Positions 1 to 12,845 of a stretch of 64,000 bases of DNA are shown here, piece by piece. The translations under genes and the position numbers were made by a program. Source of the stretch: Mobula hypostoma (taxonomy: Eukaryota); contig NC_086097.1 in NCBI RefSeq assembly GCF_963921235.1, positions 130,016,001-130,080,000 of the forward strand, given 5' to 3'. Numbering within the stretch: the first letter of the stretch is position 1; the number at the start of each line of letters is the position of its first letter. The notes under the pieces are model-generated. The model saw only the letters and a list, made by a program, of their open reading frames with translations. It made no database searches and was not told the DNA's origin.

Positions 1-704
1 CAAGCTGAAAAATTATAATAGCAGCATAATGGGAATAGAAGCTCGACAATGACCGAAAAGGAAGATGAAGACGGCGCAAATCAAAACCAAAACTGTAGAT
101 GCAAAAGGATCTTGTGCTTTCCGGTGCATATGACAGATAACTTCTTCTCAGACTTCCAGCTGGATACAGGTACTCGGTCGGAAGCCTGAGAAGAGATCAT
201 TCGTCAAAACTGCAGATGATGGAAAGCTGAAATAAAAGCAGCATCTCTGTAAAGAAAGCTAGCATTTCAGGTCCGAGACCTATTATCAGAAATAGGAGAG
301 AGAGAAGACAAGTTGATTTCCAGTCGCAGAGAAAGTGGGCAGGGATAGGTTAAATTGCAATGATTCCAAGTGAGAAGATGGAATACCTTTTTTTAAAACA
401 CATTTCCCCCTTCTCCTCCCAGGCAGTTACTTCCATTGGATAAGAGGTTCCATCGGCTTTGCATACTTGTAATAAGTCATGGCTTATTTCCTGAATCTCC
501 ACCAGCAGTTGCACTTAGTGAGCTATGGAGCAAGATCAACAGGAAGATGGAAGGTGGGGTAGGGAGTTGCTAGAGAAGTGTGGGGAAAGGAAAATTAAGG
601 ATCTGGACACTTAACTGAGTGCCAGTTATTGGGGCAGGGACTCAGGTAGCTTACAGAAGTCATAGAGCAAGGAAACAGGACCTTAAGCCCAGTAAGTCTG
701 TGCT

Positions 705-1045
705 GATCGTCAGATGTACCGTGGGGAGCATTCTAACTGGTTGCATCGCCTTCTGGTATGCAGCGGCCATCATACAGGATTGGAAAAAGCTGCAAAAGGT
801 TGAAAACTCAGCCAGCTCCATCATGGGCACTAGCCTCCCCAGCAGAGGATGTCTTCAAAAGGCGATGCCTCAAAAAGACAGCATCCATTATTAACAACCA
901 GGACATGCCCTCTTCTCACTGATTGCTACCATCACAGAGGAGGTACAGGAGCTGAAGACAAATACTCAAATGTTTTAGGTACAGCTTCTTCCCCTCCACC
1001 ATCAGATTTCTGAATACAGAATTGGACAATGAACCAACCCATGAA
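705..1045 (+). mobile_element. Rex1/Babar-type LINE 3' fragment (decayed)
   Basis: Translates to RCTVGSILTGCIAFWY...WKKLQKV, the post-RT C-terminal region of this LINE type; interrupted near 1046 by a related copy. Confidence 0.7.
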
Positions 1046-1046
1046 C

Positions 1047-1651
1047 ACCACATCACCAAGGACCTCACATGGTCTGGACACACCACCTATGTGGTGAAAA
1101 AGGCACAACAGCGCCTCTTTCACCTCAGACGCTTGAGGAAGTTTCGTATGGGCCCCCAAATCCGAAGAACTTTCTACAGGGGCACAATTGAGAGCATTCT
1201 GACTGGCTGCATCACTGCCTGGTATGGGACCTGTACCTCCCTCAACTGCAGGACTCTGCAGAAAGTGGTGCAGATAGCCCAGTGTATCTGTAGTTGTGAC
1301 CTTCCCATGATTCAGGACATTTACAAAGGCAGGTGTGAGAAAAGGGCCTGAAGGATCATTGGGCACCTGAGTCACCCAAACCACAAACTGTTCCAGCTGC
1401 TACCTTCCAGAAACCGGTACCACAGCATAAAAGCCAGGACCAACAGGCTCCGGGACAGCTTCTTCCACCAGGCCATCAGACTGATTAACTCACACTGATT
1501 TGAGTGTATTTCTATGTTACATTGACTGTCCTATTTATTATAAATTATTATAAATTACTATGATTACACACTGCACATTTAGATGGAGATGTAACGTAAA
1601 GATTTTTACTCCTCATGTTATGTGAAGGATGTAAGAAATAGTCAATTCAAT
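1047..1651 (+). mobile_element. Rex1/Babar-type LINE 3' fragment, nested in the previous one
   Basis: ORF 1022-1351: HITKDLTWS..VKKAQQRLFHLRRLRKF..FYRGTIESILTGCITAWYG, followed by RLRDSFFHQAIRLIN and an AT-rich 3' UTR. Confidence 0.8.
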
Positions 1652-2106
1652 GATCTCACCTCAATCTATCCACAATCAGAGATCCTTGTAACTAAAACCA
1701 AAGCAGCTTGCTTCAGTGATCATAGATTCAAATATGCTGTTAGATTTTGTTCAAATGACATCCAGAATTTGTGCACAAGTCTGCCCCATAACCATTTATG
1801 TTCAGCAATCTGGATTTGATTCAAATCCACTTCCTAGCCCACTTTGATTTTGTTGTGTCCATTGGCTAGGATGCTGCCCTACTACTGTTTCAAATAGAGA
1901 AAGATCCACTGTCCAGGGTACTGGTGAGGCCATACCTAGAGTATTGCGTGCAGTCTAGTCTCCTATTCAAAGGCGGCTTTGGAGGCGGTACAGAGGGGAT
2001 TCACATATTGATTCCAGAGATGAGGGCGTTAGACTATGAGGAGAGATTGAGTCACCTGACACTGTACTTGCTGGAATTTATTAGAATGAGAGGAGTTCTT
2101 TAGAAA

Positions 2107-2693
2107 TGTAGGGTTCTCAGTAATACTCATCGTAATGTTAATTGTTAAGGCTGACAAAATGGCTTCCTTGTACTGTTAACTGCAGAGCAAGGGATTCTCT
2201 GTAGCAGCATGTTTGGGTTATAATTAGTGATAACGGGATTTGTATTCATTTGCTAGCTAATGGAAGTCATGTTATTCTATCTGTATGTGCGGGAACCAAA
2301 GGAGAAGCGTGGGCTTTTGGTTGAGGAGAAGAGAAGAGGTCGGACGCGAGTCAAGTGCTCTGATAGATCACTGGGAGTGATCCCAGCCGAAGGTCGACGG
2401 AGTTCAGAGGAGATCGAGGGGAGGAACGGATACCGAATTTCGCGAGCTCCAACGAATTACTGTGCACAGAACTGATAAAATTTATTGATTTGGCGCCTTT
2501 ATTTTGTTTGTTTCTACTAACCCATCACCGAGAAATAATTATAAAGTGTAATTAATTACTTGCCCATTGTGTATTGTCTGATATTTTATGTCGCAGACTT
2601 GTACCTGGATGAAATCACACAGTATCCACACCAACACGATTACAGCTAGTTCACCCTAGATGAACGGGAGTCAAGTGGGGCATAGTCGCTACA
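2107..2693. mobile_element. Solo LTR (587 bp)
   Basis: Starts TGTAG, ends CTACA, with a 4-bp TSD GAAA (2103-2106 and 2694-2697); removing it restores the CR1 sequence ...tagaaacatataaaatt. Confidence 0.8.
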
Positions 2694-2902
2694 GAAACAT
2701 ATAAAATTATGAAAGGGATAAATAAGATGGAGGCAGGAAAGTTGTTTCCACTGGTAGGTGAGACTAGAACTACGGGACTTTGCCTCAAGATTTGGGGAGT
2801 ACATTTAGGATGGAGATGAGGAGGAACTGCTTTTCCCAGAGAGTGGTGAATCTGTGGAATTCTCTGCCCAATGAAGCAATGGAGGCTACCTCAGTAATTA
2901 TA

Positions 2903-4076
2903 CATCCTGTCCTCGTTCTATGCGAGGGATACGTTCCTCGAAGTTGACGCATACTGTGAAAAATTATTTAAGTGGAGAAAATAGGGATGCGTTCCAGAGG
3001 GCTTCCTAAATATGTTTTATCTGTAATTTATTCACGTTTTTATACCAATATGACACAAAAGCAGGACTACAAGACAACATTTGTATTATATTTAATCAAT
3101 TTAAGGTAATATTCAATGTAATAAATCATAGAAAGTTAACATCCTCTGGTGTACAGTACTCATGAACTGTGGCAGGTGTGTTCGCTCCGGGAGATGAGTG
3201 GTAGTTGTGGTGTTGGGCAGCTTTACACAGATAAGGTGGACGGTTGTGGTCGTCAGGATAATATCAAGCACAGCAAGGGGTGAAGGAAGACTCACAGAAC
3301 TCTTAGAACTGCTGGCAGCAGAAAGATTACAGCGATTTGCATAAAGTGGTGAGGGTTGTTTGCTTGGCAGCATTTTGTTTTTCAGCATAAATTTGCTTTA
3401 GGGACTTCCTCACCGTTGGTAAACTCCCGGGATTTTCAAAATCATCTGTTGCTTGCGGCATCTGAGAGGTAGTTCACCGTAAAAAAAAAATACGTACGCC
3501 TTGAGTATGAATTACACCTTGGTCGAGTGGTTGAATCAGCGATGTTGAGTTAAGCAGCAGGAAATGCACTGTTATGTAGGATGAATGCTGTCCAAATGTT
3601 TAGGATAGGCTGGCGCATTGTCAAGCAACAAAAGAACTTTAAAGGCAAGATTCTGTTCCCGACAGTAGCGTCCCAGAGCTGTGTTACCTTCAGCTGATGC
3701 CGCACTGTTTATAATTACCAACTTTTTTTCAAGTGTTAAAGCGGTTCTCTGCCGCTCGGCTGACAGCCCAAGACATGACATCGGACACTTAGGAGGCATA
3801 ATGAAATATTTCAAGCACAAAATCACTGCACTGAAGGTAAAACCAACAGAAGTTTAAGATCGCGCATCCACACCTTGTCAAAACCAATGCAAGAGTGGCG
3901 GAAGAGAGGTTGTGGGGCGCGCGCACCTGACTTGTATTGGCGGGAAAGCGGTGCTTCTCATCCCAACAGTGAGACTGTGAGGTGTGCGCAAGTGACTTGC
4001 ATTGGCGGGAAGGCAGTGCTCCTCGCATAACTGTGAATCCGCATAGTCTGAAGACGCATATAACGAGGCTAGGGTG
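2903..4076 (-). mobile_element. Tigger/pogo-type DNA transposon, internally deleted
   Basis: Imperfect 22-bp TIRs (catcctgtcctcgttctatgcg / cgcatataacgaggctagggtg), TA on the left. Minus-strand remnants LTLEKKLVII (HTH-psq), KVLLLLDNAPAYP and STSLIQPLDQGVI (DDE_1). Confidence 0.85.
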
Positions 4077-4667
4077 TCTTTAAGACAAGTTTGGAATTAA
4101 GGTTTATGGGGGAAAGGCAGGTAGGTGGAGATGAGTCCATGGCCAGATCAGCCATAATCTTATTGAATGGCGCAGCAGGCCCAATGGGCCAGACGGCCTA
4201 CTCCTGCTCCTATTTCTTATGTTCTTACGTTCCACCATGATTAACACTGTGCCCAAATGCTGGGACCTCCAATGAGGCAGCACTGGATTTTATGCCAAAG
4301 TCTCAGAAGTGGGCGTACAGTTCATGGACTACTGAATCAAAAGCTGGCACTTTACTAATAGGGCACAGCTGATGCTTGAAATAATGACATTAACTAAAAA
4401 ATGGATCTAAAGTAACTTGTAAATAGGACACTTACTGAGGATAAAGTGCCCATGTGTCAGGTGATTAAAATGAGCACCTAATTTCTTCAAAGCTGTAGCA
4501 CCAGATTTTAAATTAAAGCAGTGGATGCAAGTACCATAATTAGGGTCATTAAACAAAATATGAAATAATTAAGGATTTGTTCATTTAAATCACAGAATAA
4601 TTTATGTAATAGCTTATTTTGCTTTAAAATTTAATTGTGTGTACAGAAGACACCATGGGTTTCCTAC

Positions 4668-4719
4668 CAACTCCGTAAGGACATCTCCAGCAGCCAACTG
4701 ATAAGTTAGACCAAATTCA
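4668..4719 (-). CDS. Candidate coding exon (52 nt, phase 2 to 0): EFGLTYQLAAGDVLTEL
   Basis: Acceptor catccttctccag, donor TTG|gtagga, open frame, non-repetitive context; loose by-eye match to C9orf72 DLDLTAEGDL. Confidence 0.4.
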
Positions 4720-5967
4720 CTGGAGAAGGATGTTTGCATTTTAAAATTGCTGGATATAATAATCACAATAAAATATAAAGGGTTCCATATCCTACATACC
4801 TTGGAATAATCTTGCATTTCGGATCACTGTAGCACAGAAGGCCATTCAGCTCAATGAGCCAATGCTAGCTCTCTGCAGAATAACCTGTTCAAACCCATTT
4901 GTCCCACTCTTCCTCTACAAATTATTTTCTCTTTGATTAATTGATAATACCATCTTATCAGTCTTCTTATACTGTACACCAATCAAATACATAATCTAAT
5001 TTAATGCTAAATAAATCTTCGCTCTTAAGATAATAATGGTTTTCATAAGCCTCTCTGAACACTGCAGGAACACTTATTCCTAACTAAAAACAGAAAAATT
5101 TGATTAGATTCCTTAAGGGTGGTAATATTGGAATACAATCACAGCACTTGGGCTATCCAGCATCACAAATACAACACTTTTTCAGAGCAAATCTTGAGGT
5201 GCAGCATGCTGTCTCTTGAAAAGAAAATTCAGACTATTTAAATGTTGAAAATAAAAGATCATCACCATGTCCAACATTGCGTAAAAACAGGAAAAAAGGT
5301 TTTTTTGTGTCTCATTAATCTTATACAAACACTTGAAAGAGGACAGACAAACCCCGATCGAAAGTGACAGAGAAACAGCTTGGCATATCATGTATAATTT
5401 CTTTATAATATGTAACAATTCTAGTTGTCAGTATTTAATTTTGAAGCACCAGTGTCGCAATTTAATACTTCTAAGTAATCTCTCTTTTACAATCATGCAA
5501 AATGAATAACTGTCTCTTTCAGCTATTGAGCAGAAAGAGTATCACATCAAAAGTACTTTACAGGCTGTCCAGCACTTGGGGACATGATGAGCTATGGTAG
5601 CCTTTCAGTGATTACTCCATGAACAGTGCAACGAGCCTGATAAGGTTCTGCACATACTTGAAATATTGAGCAATACACACAAAATGATGGAGGAATTCAG
5701 CAAGACAGGCAGCATCGCGTGACGGGAATAAACAGTTGACACTTTCATCATAATTTGCTAAATCTCTTTTTAATGATACACCTCTTTAACCACCATGGAA
5801 CATGACAAAGAGCATCCAATAGTCCAGCAGGAATTCCACCAAATCATCTACTTCCATGTTGCTATTACTGTGTTAAAACAAACAACATAAAAAAAAAATC
5901 AGCTTATCTTGGCAATGGTAGTTTCAAAATCTGAAATTCAAGACGACACATATTTTTATGTTTATAC

Positions 5968-5994
5968 CTTAAAGAAATTTCAAATATATTCTGC
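5968..5994 (-). CDS. Candidate micro-exon (27 nt, phase 2 to 2): QNIFEISL
   Basis: Polypyrimidine acceptor ttttcttttattttgttaag, donor AAG|gtataa; only one frame is open, and it is phase-compatible with the 4668-4719 candidate. Confidence 0.25.
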
Positions 5995-6404
5995 CTTAAC
6001 AAAATAAAAGAAAATCAGCAAGCAGACAATGTCACACAAACCATGAATGAGATCTTTGCTCTAGATGGTAACTGCATTCTGTCCACGCAGGTATTCAACT
6101 CCTCTGTGTAACAGCTGTTAAACAATTCCAGAAATCATTCTAAAGCAAAATATTATGGATACTAAAATCTAAAGGAAGAAAAACTGTGTTTATCGACAAG
6201 CTAATTGATTTTATACACGTCTTATAAGATCACCTTTCATTCAACTATGCTCAAATGAGTAAGATCCTAGCCTACACAAAACTCGCTTTGCAAATCTATC
6301 CCTCCCACCCTCCTACCTGCAGACAGGTAGAGGCTAAAGAGCAAGGCTCCAGAGATATGGACAAAGAACAAATATTCCACAGTTGTCACGGATTTCATAA
6401 AAAA

Positions 6405-7290
6405 AAAGCCATGGACAAGTTTGTCCTCATAAAATCATTCAAACTCTTCCTCAACCGGAAGCCCTGGATGAACTATGATATCTGCAATTTGCTGAGGACC
6501 AGATCTGTGGCATTCAGGTCTGGCAACCAAGGAAAATACAAAAGGACCAGGTACATACTCCAGAATCCATCATATGTGCGAAGTGGCAATTCCGGACCAA
6601 ACCTGAATCACTGAAAGAAACTCAACAGCTGTGACAGGGCTTGAATGCTATCACCTCCTACAACGTGAAACCAAATGAAATACGTGGAAATAAGGTTGCG
6701 CTCCCAGATGAGCTCAATGCCTTTTATGCTCGCTTTTATCATCAAAACATGGAAGCACCTTCACAAAGTCTCACTGCCCCGACGACTCTGTGATTTCAGT
6801 CTCTGAGGCTGACATGACGGCATCCTTCATGCCACAGAAAGATCTGACCCAGATTATTGGGTACCTTGCCACGTGCTAAAGACCTGTGCTGATCAACTGA
6901 CGGGAACGTTCACCAATATCTTTAACCTCTTATTTCAACAGTCTGAGGTACCCACCTGCTTCAATTATACTAGTACCTATGAAGAACATGGTAATGTACC
7001 TCAATGGCTACCTTCCATTAGCACTTACTTCCACTGTGATGATGTGCTTTGAAAGGTTGCTGAAGAAGTGACTTGGGTTGCTCTAACTTGCCTACTGTCA
7101 CAACAGATCAACAGCGGATTCCATTTCATTGGCTCTTCACTCAGCCCTGGAACATTTGGACAGCGAAGATGCATATATCAGGATGCTCTACGTTGACTAC
7201 AGCGTGGCATTCAATATCACCATCCCCTCAAAACGAATCAATAAGCTGCAAAGTCTCAATAACTCCTTGTGCAAATCGATCCTTGACTTA
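6405..7290 (+). mobile_element. Rex1/Babar-type LINE RT-region fragment (decayed)
   Basis: NRKPWMN, LPDELNAFYARF, VLKTCADQL and ALHSALEHLDSEDAYIRMLYVDYSVAFNI motifs, with frameshifts. Confidence 0.8.
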
Positions 7291-9014
7291 GACCATAAGA
7301 CACAGGAGTACAATTAGGCCATTCTGCCCACCGAGTCCACCCTGCCATTTCACCACGGTTGATCCTATTCAACCCCATACATCTGCCCTGTCACCATATC
7401 CCTCAATGCCCTGACCATTCAGGAATCTATCAACTTCTGCTTTAAATATACCCTCGGGCATGGCCTCTACCATAGTCTGTGGCAGAGCATTCCGCAGATT
7501 CACCACTCTTTGCCTAAAAAAAATCCCTCTTTACTTTTTCTGTTCTAAAACATCACCCCTCAATTTTGAGGCTCTGTCATCTAGTTCTGGATACCCCCAC
7601 CAAAGGGAATATCTTCTCTACATCCGACTTACCTAGTCCTTTCAACATTCAGTAGGTTTCAATGAGATCCCATGCATTCTTCTGAACTCCAGTCAGTGCA
7701 GCCCAAAGACGCCAAAAGCTCCTCATATGTTAACCCCTTCACTCCTGGAATCATCCTTGTGAATCACTTCTGTACTCTCTCCAATGACAACACATCTTTT
7801 CTGAGATAAGGGTCTCAAACCTTTGACAATACTCCAAGAGCGACCTGACTGGTGTCTTATAATCTCCCTGTTTTTATATTATTTGACTTGAAATAAATGC
7901 CAGCATTGCAATTGCCTTCTTTACCACAGACTCAACCTGTGAATTAACCTTCTGAGAGTCTTGCATGAGGACTCCCAAGTTCCTCTGCACCTCTGATGTT
8001 TGAATTTTCCCTCCATTTAGTTAATAGTCTGCACTATTGTTCCTTTTACCAAAATGCATTATCACACATTTCCCAGCACTGTATTCCATCTACCACTTTT
8101 TTGCCCATTCTTCCAATTTATCTAAGTCCTACTGCAATCACATTGCTTCTTCAGGACTACCTACCCCTCCACCTATCTTCGTATCATCCACAAACTTTGC
8201 CACAAAGCCAACAATTCCATTATCTAAATCATTGACAAACAATGTGAAAAGTAGAGGTCTCAACATTTACCCCTGAGGAACATCACTAGTCATTGGCAGC
8301 CAACCAGAAAAGGCCCCCTTTATTCACACTCGTTGCCTCCTACCTATCAGCCATTCCTCTATCCTGTAACATCATAGGATTTTTATCTTGTTAAGTAGCT
8401 TCATCTGAGGCACCTTATCAAATGCCCTCTGAAAATCTAAGTAAATGACATCCACTGCCTCTCCTTTGAAGGAGAGGTTACTTGAAGAATTCTAACAGAT
8501 TTGTCAGGCAAGATTTCCCTTTACAGAAACTATTCTGGCTTTAATTTATTTTATCAGTAAATTCCAAGTACCCTGAAACCTTGTCCTTAATAATAGACTC
8601 CAACACTTTCCTAACCACTGAGGTTAAGCAACTGGCCTATAATTTCCTCTCTTTTGTCTTCCTCCCTATTTAAAGAGCGGAGTGACATTTGCAATTTTCC
8701 AATCCTCCAGGAGCATGCCAGAATCAGGTGATCCTTGACAGATCATGACCAATGCATCCGCTATCTCTTCAGCAACCTCCCTCAGGACTCTGGGGTGTAG
8801 TCGATTTGGTCTAGGTGACTTATCCACTTTAAGACCTTTCAGCTTCCCTAGCATTTTTTTGTTTGTAATAGCAATGGCACTCACTCCTTCTCCCTGACAC
8901 TCACAGACATCTGGCATACAGTAAAGATTGATGCAAAGTACCCATTAAGTTCAAATGCCATTTCTTTGTCCCCCATTACTACCTCATCAGCATCATTTTC
9001 CAGTCGTCCAATAT
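7291..9014 (-). mobile_element. CR1 LINE ORF2 fragment (decayed)
   Basis: Minus ORF 8666-8917 LKGLKVDKSPRPNRLHPRVLREVAEEIADAL...WKIANVTPLFK; CR1-type 3' end near 7291-7340. Confidence 0.85.
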
Positions 9015-9127
9015 CAACTTACTGAGTGCAAACACGAGGAAATCTGCAGATGCTGGAATTTCAAGCAACACACATCAAAGTTGCTGGTGAATGCAGCAGG
9101 CCAGGCAGCATCTCTAGGAAGAGGTAC

Positions 9128-9163
9128 AGTCGACGTTTCGGGCCATGACCCTTCATCAGGACG
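9128..9163 (-). ncRNA. Minimal type I hammerhead ribozyme motif (Penelope-associated)
   Basis: Minus strand: cgtc CTGATGA a gggtc atg gccc GAAA cg TC gact; both core boxes intact. Confidence 0.7.
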
Positions 9164-9830
9164 AACTGAAAGAAGAGCTAGTAAGAAATTTGGAAGTGGG
9201 AGGGGGAGGGGGAGATCTGAAATGATAGGTGAAGACAGGAGGGGGAGGGATGGAGTCAAGAGCTGGACAGTTGATTGGCAAAAGGGATATGAGAGGATCA
9301 TGGAACAGGAGGCCTAGGGAGAAGGAAAAGGGGGAGGGGGGGAAGCCCAGAGGATGCTTCCAGTGGCCACACATTTTAATTCCACGTCCCAATCTCATTC
9401 TGATATGTCTATCCACGGCCTCTTCTACTGTAAAGATGAAGCCACACTCAGGTTGGAGGAACAACACCTTATATTCCGTCTGGGTAGCCTCCAACCTGAT
9501 GGCATGAACATTGACTTCTCAAACTTCCGCTAATGCCCACCTCCCCCTCGTACCCCATCCGTTATTTATTTATATACACACATTCTTCTTCTCTCTCTCC
9601 TTTTTCTCCCTCTGTCCCTCTCACTATACCCCTTGCCCATCCTCTGGGCTTCCCCCCTCCCCCTTTTCTTTCTCCCTAGGCCTCCTGTCCCATGAACCTC
9701 TCATATCCCTTTTGCTAATCACCTGTCCAGCTCTTGGCTCCATCCCTCCCCCCTCCTATCTTCATCTATCATTTCGGATCTCCCCCTCCCCCTCCCACTT
9801 CCAAATTTCTTACTAGCTCTTCTTTCAGTT

Positions 9831-9866
9831 AATCCTGATGAAGGGTCTTGACTCGAAACGTCGACC
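9831..9866 (+). ncRNA. Minimal type I hammerhead ribozyme motif (Penelope-associated)
   Basis: aatc CTGATGA a gggtc ttg actc GAAA cg TC gacc; core intact, stem I weakened. Confidence 0.6.
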
Positions 9867-10044
9867 ATACCTCTTCCTAGAGATGCTGCCTGGCCTGCTG
9901 CATTCACCAGCAACGTTTATGTGTGCAACTTACTGAGTGCTTTCAGCATTCTTGTTTTCTCACCAAAAATATATTTTCTTACAATGATAGAAGCCATTAC
10001 TCAAAACAAGTGAAATTCTTCCACTAGAAAAAGAGGGATATCCC

Positions 10045-10565
10045 AATGGCTACCCATTTTAATTCCACTTCCCATTCCCTTTTCAACATGTCAGCCCACA
10101 GCATCCTCAACTGTCGCGATGAGGCCACACTCAGGTTGAGTAGCCTTCAACCTGAAGACATGAACATAGATTTCTTGAACTTCCAGTAATGCCCCTCCCC
10201 TCCCATTCCCCATTTCCTTTTCCCACTCTCACCTTATCTCCTTACCTGCTCATCTCCTCCTTCTAGTGCTCATCCTCCTTTACTTTCCTCCATGGTCTAC
10301 TACCCTCTCCTATCAGATTCCCCCTTCTCCAGCCCTGTACCTCTTTCACCAATCAACTTCCCAGCTCTTTACTTCACCCCTCCCCCACCTCCCGGTTTCA
10401 ACTATCACCTTGTGTTTCTTCATCCCCTCCCACCACCTTCTAACTCTGACTCCTCATCTTTTTTCTCCAGTCTTAGCTCGAAATATCCATAGATGCTGCC
10501 TGGCCTGCTAAGTTCCTCCGGTATTCTGTGTGTGTTGCTTGGGTTTCCAGCATCTGCAGGTCTTC
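10045..10565 (+). mobile_element. Penelope-like 3' fragment (older)
   Basis: gatatcccaatggctacccattttaattcc...gaggccacactcaggttg..., a pyrimidine tract, and the agatgctgcctggcctgc tail shared with the 9357-9925 copy. Confidence 0.7.
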
Positions 10566-10793
10566 ATTTATATACATAAAAAGCGATTCAAGTTTCCAGT
10601 TTATATAAATCCTGTTTGAAAATGGTTTTACCTTTCGGGGAAGCCCACTTGCAGCTTAATCCTCACAATCCTTCTGACTATTTAGCATAGACACAATGAA
10701 CTGGCATGTATATAGTAACAGAGATACAAAATTTTCCAACATTCAAATGTACAGCAGCAGTACACAGATAATGAGAGGAACCTTAACAATGAC

Positions 10794-12218
10794 CAGATAT
10801 CCCACCTCTCTCGGAAGTTCCGGGAGTCTCCCGCATATTGATAGCAGCTCCCTGACGCCCGGAAATTATATACAATATCCCGGAAATTGATTTTTTTGAG
10901 AAAGAGAGGGAGAGGGAGAGCCAGCGTCCTGATTGGCCTCTCTTTGTGCTAAGAGTGGTGCCCAACCACCGGGCCGTGAGGAAACGATATGATTTGGCGA
11001 TATGAAACGATATGAGTCAGCTGCACCTTTCCTCATTCCCTGTCACGCACTGTTGAACTTGAATGCACGCGAGGTCATTACGCACGCGTCATCCATGTCA
11101 GCGTGGGAAGATCAACTCCTCGAGCTTGCAAATGATAACGGGCTGAAAAGTATGTTTGACATAACTTCTCTGCCGACATTCTGGATCAAAGTCAAGGCTG
11201 AATATCCTGAGATAGCCACGAAAGCCCTGAAAACGTTGCTTCCATTTCCAACATCATATCTCTGTGAAGCGGGCTTTTCTGCAATGAATGCAATAAAAAC
11301 TAACCTGTGGAATAGACTGGACATAAGGCACCCCCTTCGAGTATCACTGTCTCCCATCACCCCTCGATGGCACCGTCTCGTTGCAGGAAAACAAGCCCAG
11401 GGCTCCCACTGATTCAGCGATATTGGTGTGTTGCAATGATTTTATATGTTCATACAAGGAAAATATGCGCTGTGTGTTTAATATCCAAACTTTACTTAAA
11501 ATGTTATGATGCTATTGACTTGTAATTGACTTATCACTATATTCATGCATGGAAAATATGCGCTGTGTGTTTACTACTAAATTCGTTAGATAAACCCTTT
11601 TAGAAATGAAATTGAGTGTATTATTAGCCACTTATAAGTGACTTATAGTTGACTTATCACCTATACTCTGGTCGTGATTAACACCTCCCCCACCCCTGGT
11701 CCGCAAGAATAATGTCAATATTAAACCGGTCTGCGATGCAAAACAGGTTTGGGACCCCTGCTAAGTAGACCTATCAGTTTTCTCTATGAGTGGGCTTTAC
11801 AGTCGACCTCAAAAATAAAGACAGTGTTGCTCACTGCACTGTTTGCAACAGTGACTTTTCTATTGCCCATGGTGGGTTAAAATGTAAAAGACATGTTGAG
11901 GTGAGTTTAACAGGTGTCATTTGTTTATTAGCATAGCTAACGTTATTTAAACTAGCTGGCTGGCTGCTTAAGAGCTTCGCTGTTGATGTCCTACGCGATG
12001 AGACCAAACTCCCTGTACACTTGCTTAAAGTTGTAATAGAATAAACATGATAATATAAGTACATATTTTAATGTCACATTTTCTGCATATACCCAACTTG
12101 GTTTACAGAATAGACAAAATCACTAAACAAAGTATTACATACACCCTTGGAGGTCGACAGGGGGAGGAAATGGGGTTGCAATCTCCCTAAAATGAGTTTT
12201 TGCAGGGTGGGATGTCTG
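10794..12218. mobile_element. Non-autonomous TIR DNA transposon hosting a hAT insertion
   Basis: Terminal inverted repeats cagatatcccacc / ggtgggatgtctg; no TSD recognised. Confidence 0.5.
10954..11760 (+). mobile_element. hAT (Charlie/Buster-type) internally deleted element
   Basis: ORF 11002-11412 carries the hAT dimerisation region FWIKVKAEYPEIATKALKTLLPFPTSYLCEAGFS...QAQGSH; ends agtggtgcccaacc / gtttgggacccctg; ctaag repeated at both junctions. Confidence 0.85.
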
Positions 12219-12845
12219 AGTGTTGATGTACAGAAGGATCTTGGGGGTACAATTCCATAGCTCCTTTGAAGTGACAAGTAAGTTGTATGGCTTTGAGTTC
12301 ACAAGAATCAGCTCTATAAAACCCTGCTTAGGCTGCATATGGAGAATTTCATTCAATTTGGATCATCCTGCTACAGGGAGAATGTGCCTATCAAGTAAGT
12401 GAAGATGAGGTTTGCTCGGATGTTGCAATGGATTAGAGGGCATGTGCTAAAAGGAAAAGTTGGACAAACTGGGGTTGTTTTCCCTGGAGTGAAGGAAGTC
12501 AAGGGGATACCTAATAAATATGATTATGACAGGTATAGAAAGACAATCAGTATCTTTTTTCCCTCAAGGGGAAGTGTCTAAGACTAGAGGGCATGCATTT
12601 AAGGTAAGAGGGGGGCAAGTTCAAAGAAGATATGAGTGCCTGGACTGCATCACCAGTGGTGATGGTGGAGGCAAATATGACAGAGGCGATAAAGAGGCGC
12701 TAAGAAAGTCATATGAATACACATAACATGGAATGACACGGACACTGTGTAGGCAGAAGGAATTAGTTTAGCTGGGTGTTTATTATTAGTTCAGCACAGC
12801 ATTGTGTGCCAAACGGCTTGATAGTGCACTGTATTGTTCTATGTG
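12219..12845 (+). mobile_element. CR1 LINE 3' fragment (old)
   Basis: SKTRGHAFKVRGG motif and ...ctgtattgttctatg tail. Confidence 0.65.

Larger units (their letters stand above)
1905..4231 (+). mobile_element. CR1 LINE 3' fragment split by a solo LTR and a Tigger element
   Basis: LVRPYLEYCVQ (about 1921), FSQRVVNLWNSL (about 2830) and tail ...gcctactcctgctcctatttcttatgttctta (about 4195-4230); the pieces are colinear across the two insertions. Confidence 0.8.
9030..9925 (+). mobile_element. Penelope-like retroelement 3' fragment with inverted 5' repeat
   Basis: 9357-9925 encodes the GIY-YIG C-terminus (PVATHFN..LRLEEQHLIFRLGSLQPDGMNIDF) plus 3' repeat. About 9068-9357 is the reverse complement of about 9639-9925. 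15-bp TSD caacttactgagtgc at 9015-9029 and 9926-9940. Confidence 0.85.

Noticed and set aside
49..169. Short plus-strand ATG-initiated frame ending at CAG|gtactc
   Set aside because: 40 codons with no recognisable similarity and a mediocre donor.
5787..5867. Segment after a strong minus-strand acceptor (NSNMEVDDLVEFLLDYW...)
   Set aside because: Runs into a stop and I found no convincing donor, so it is left uncalled.
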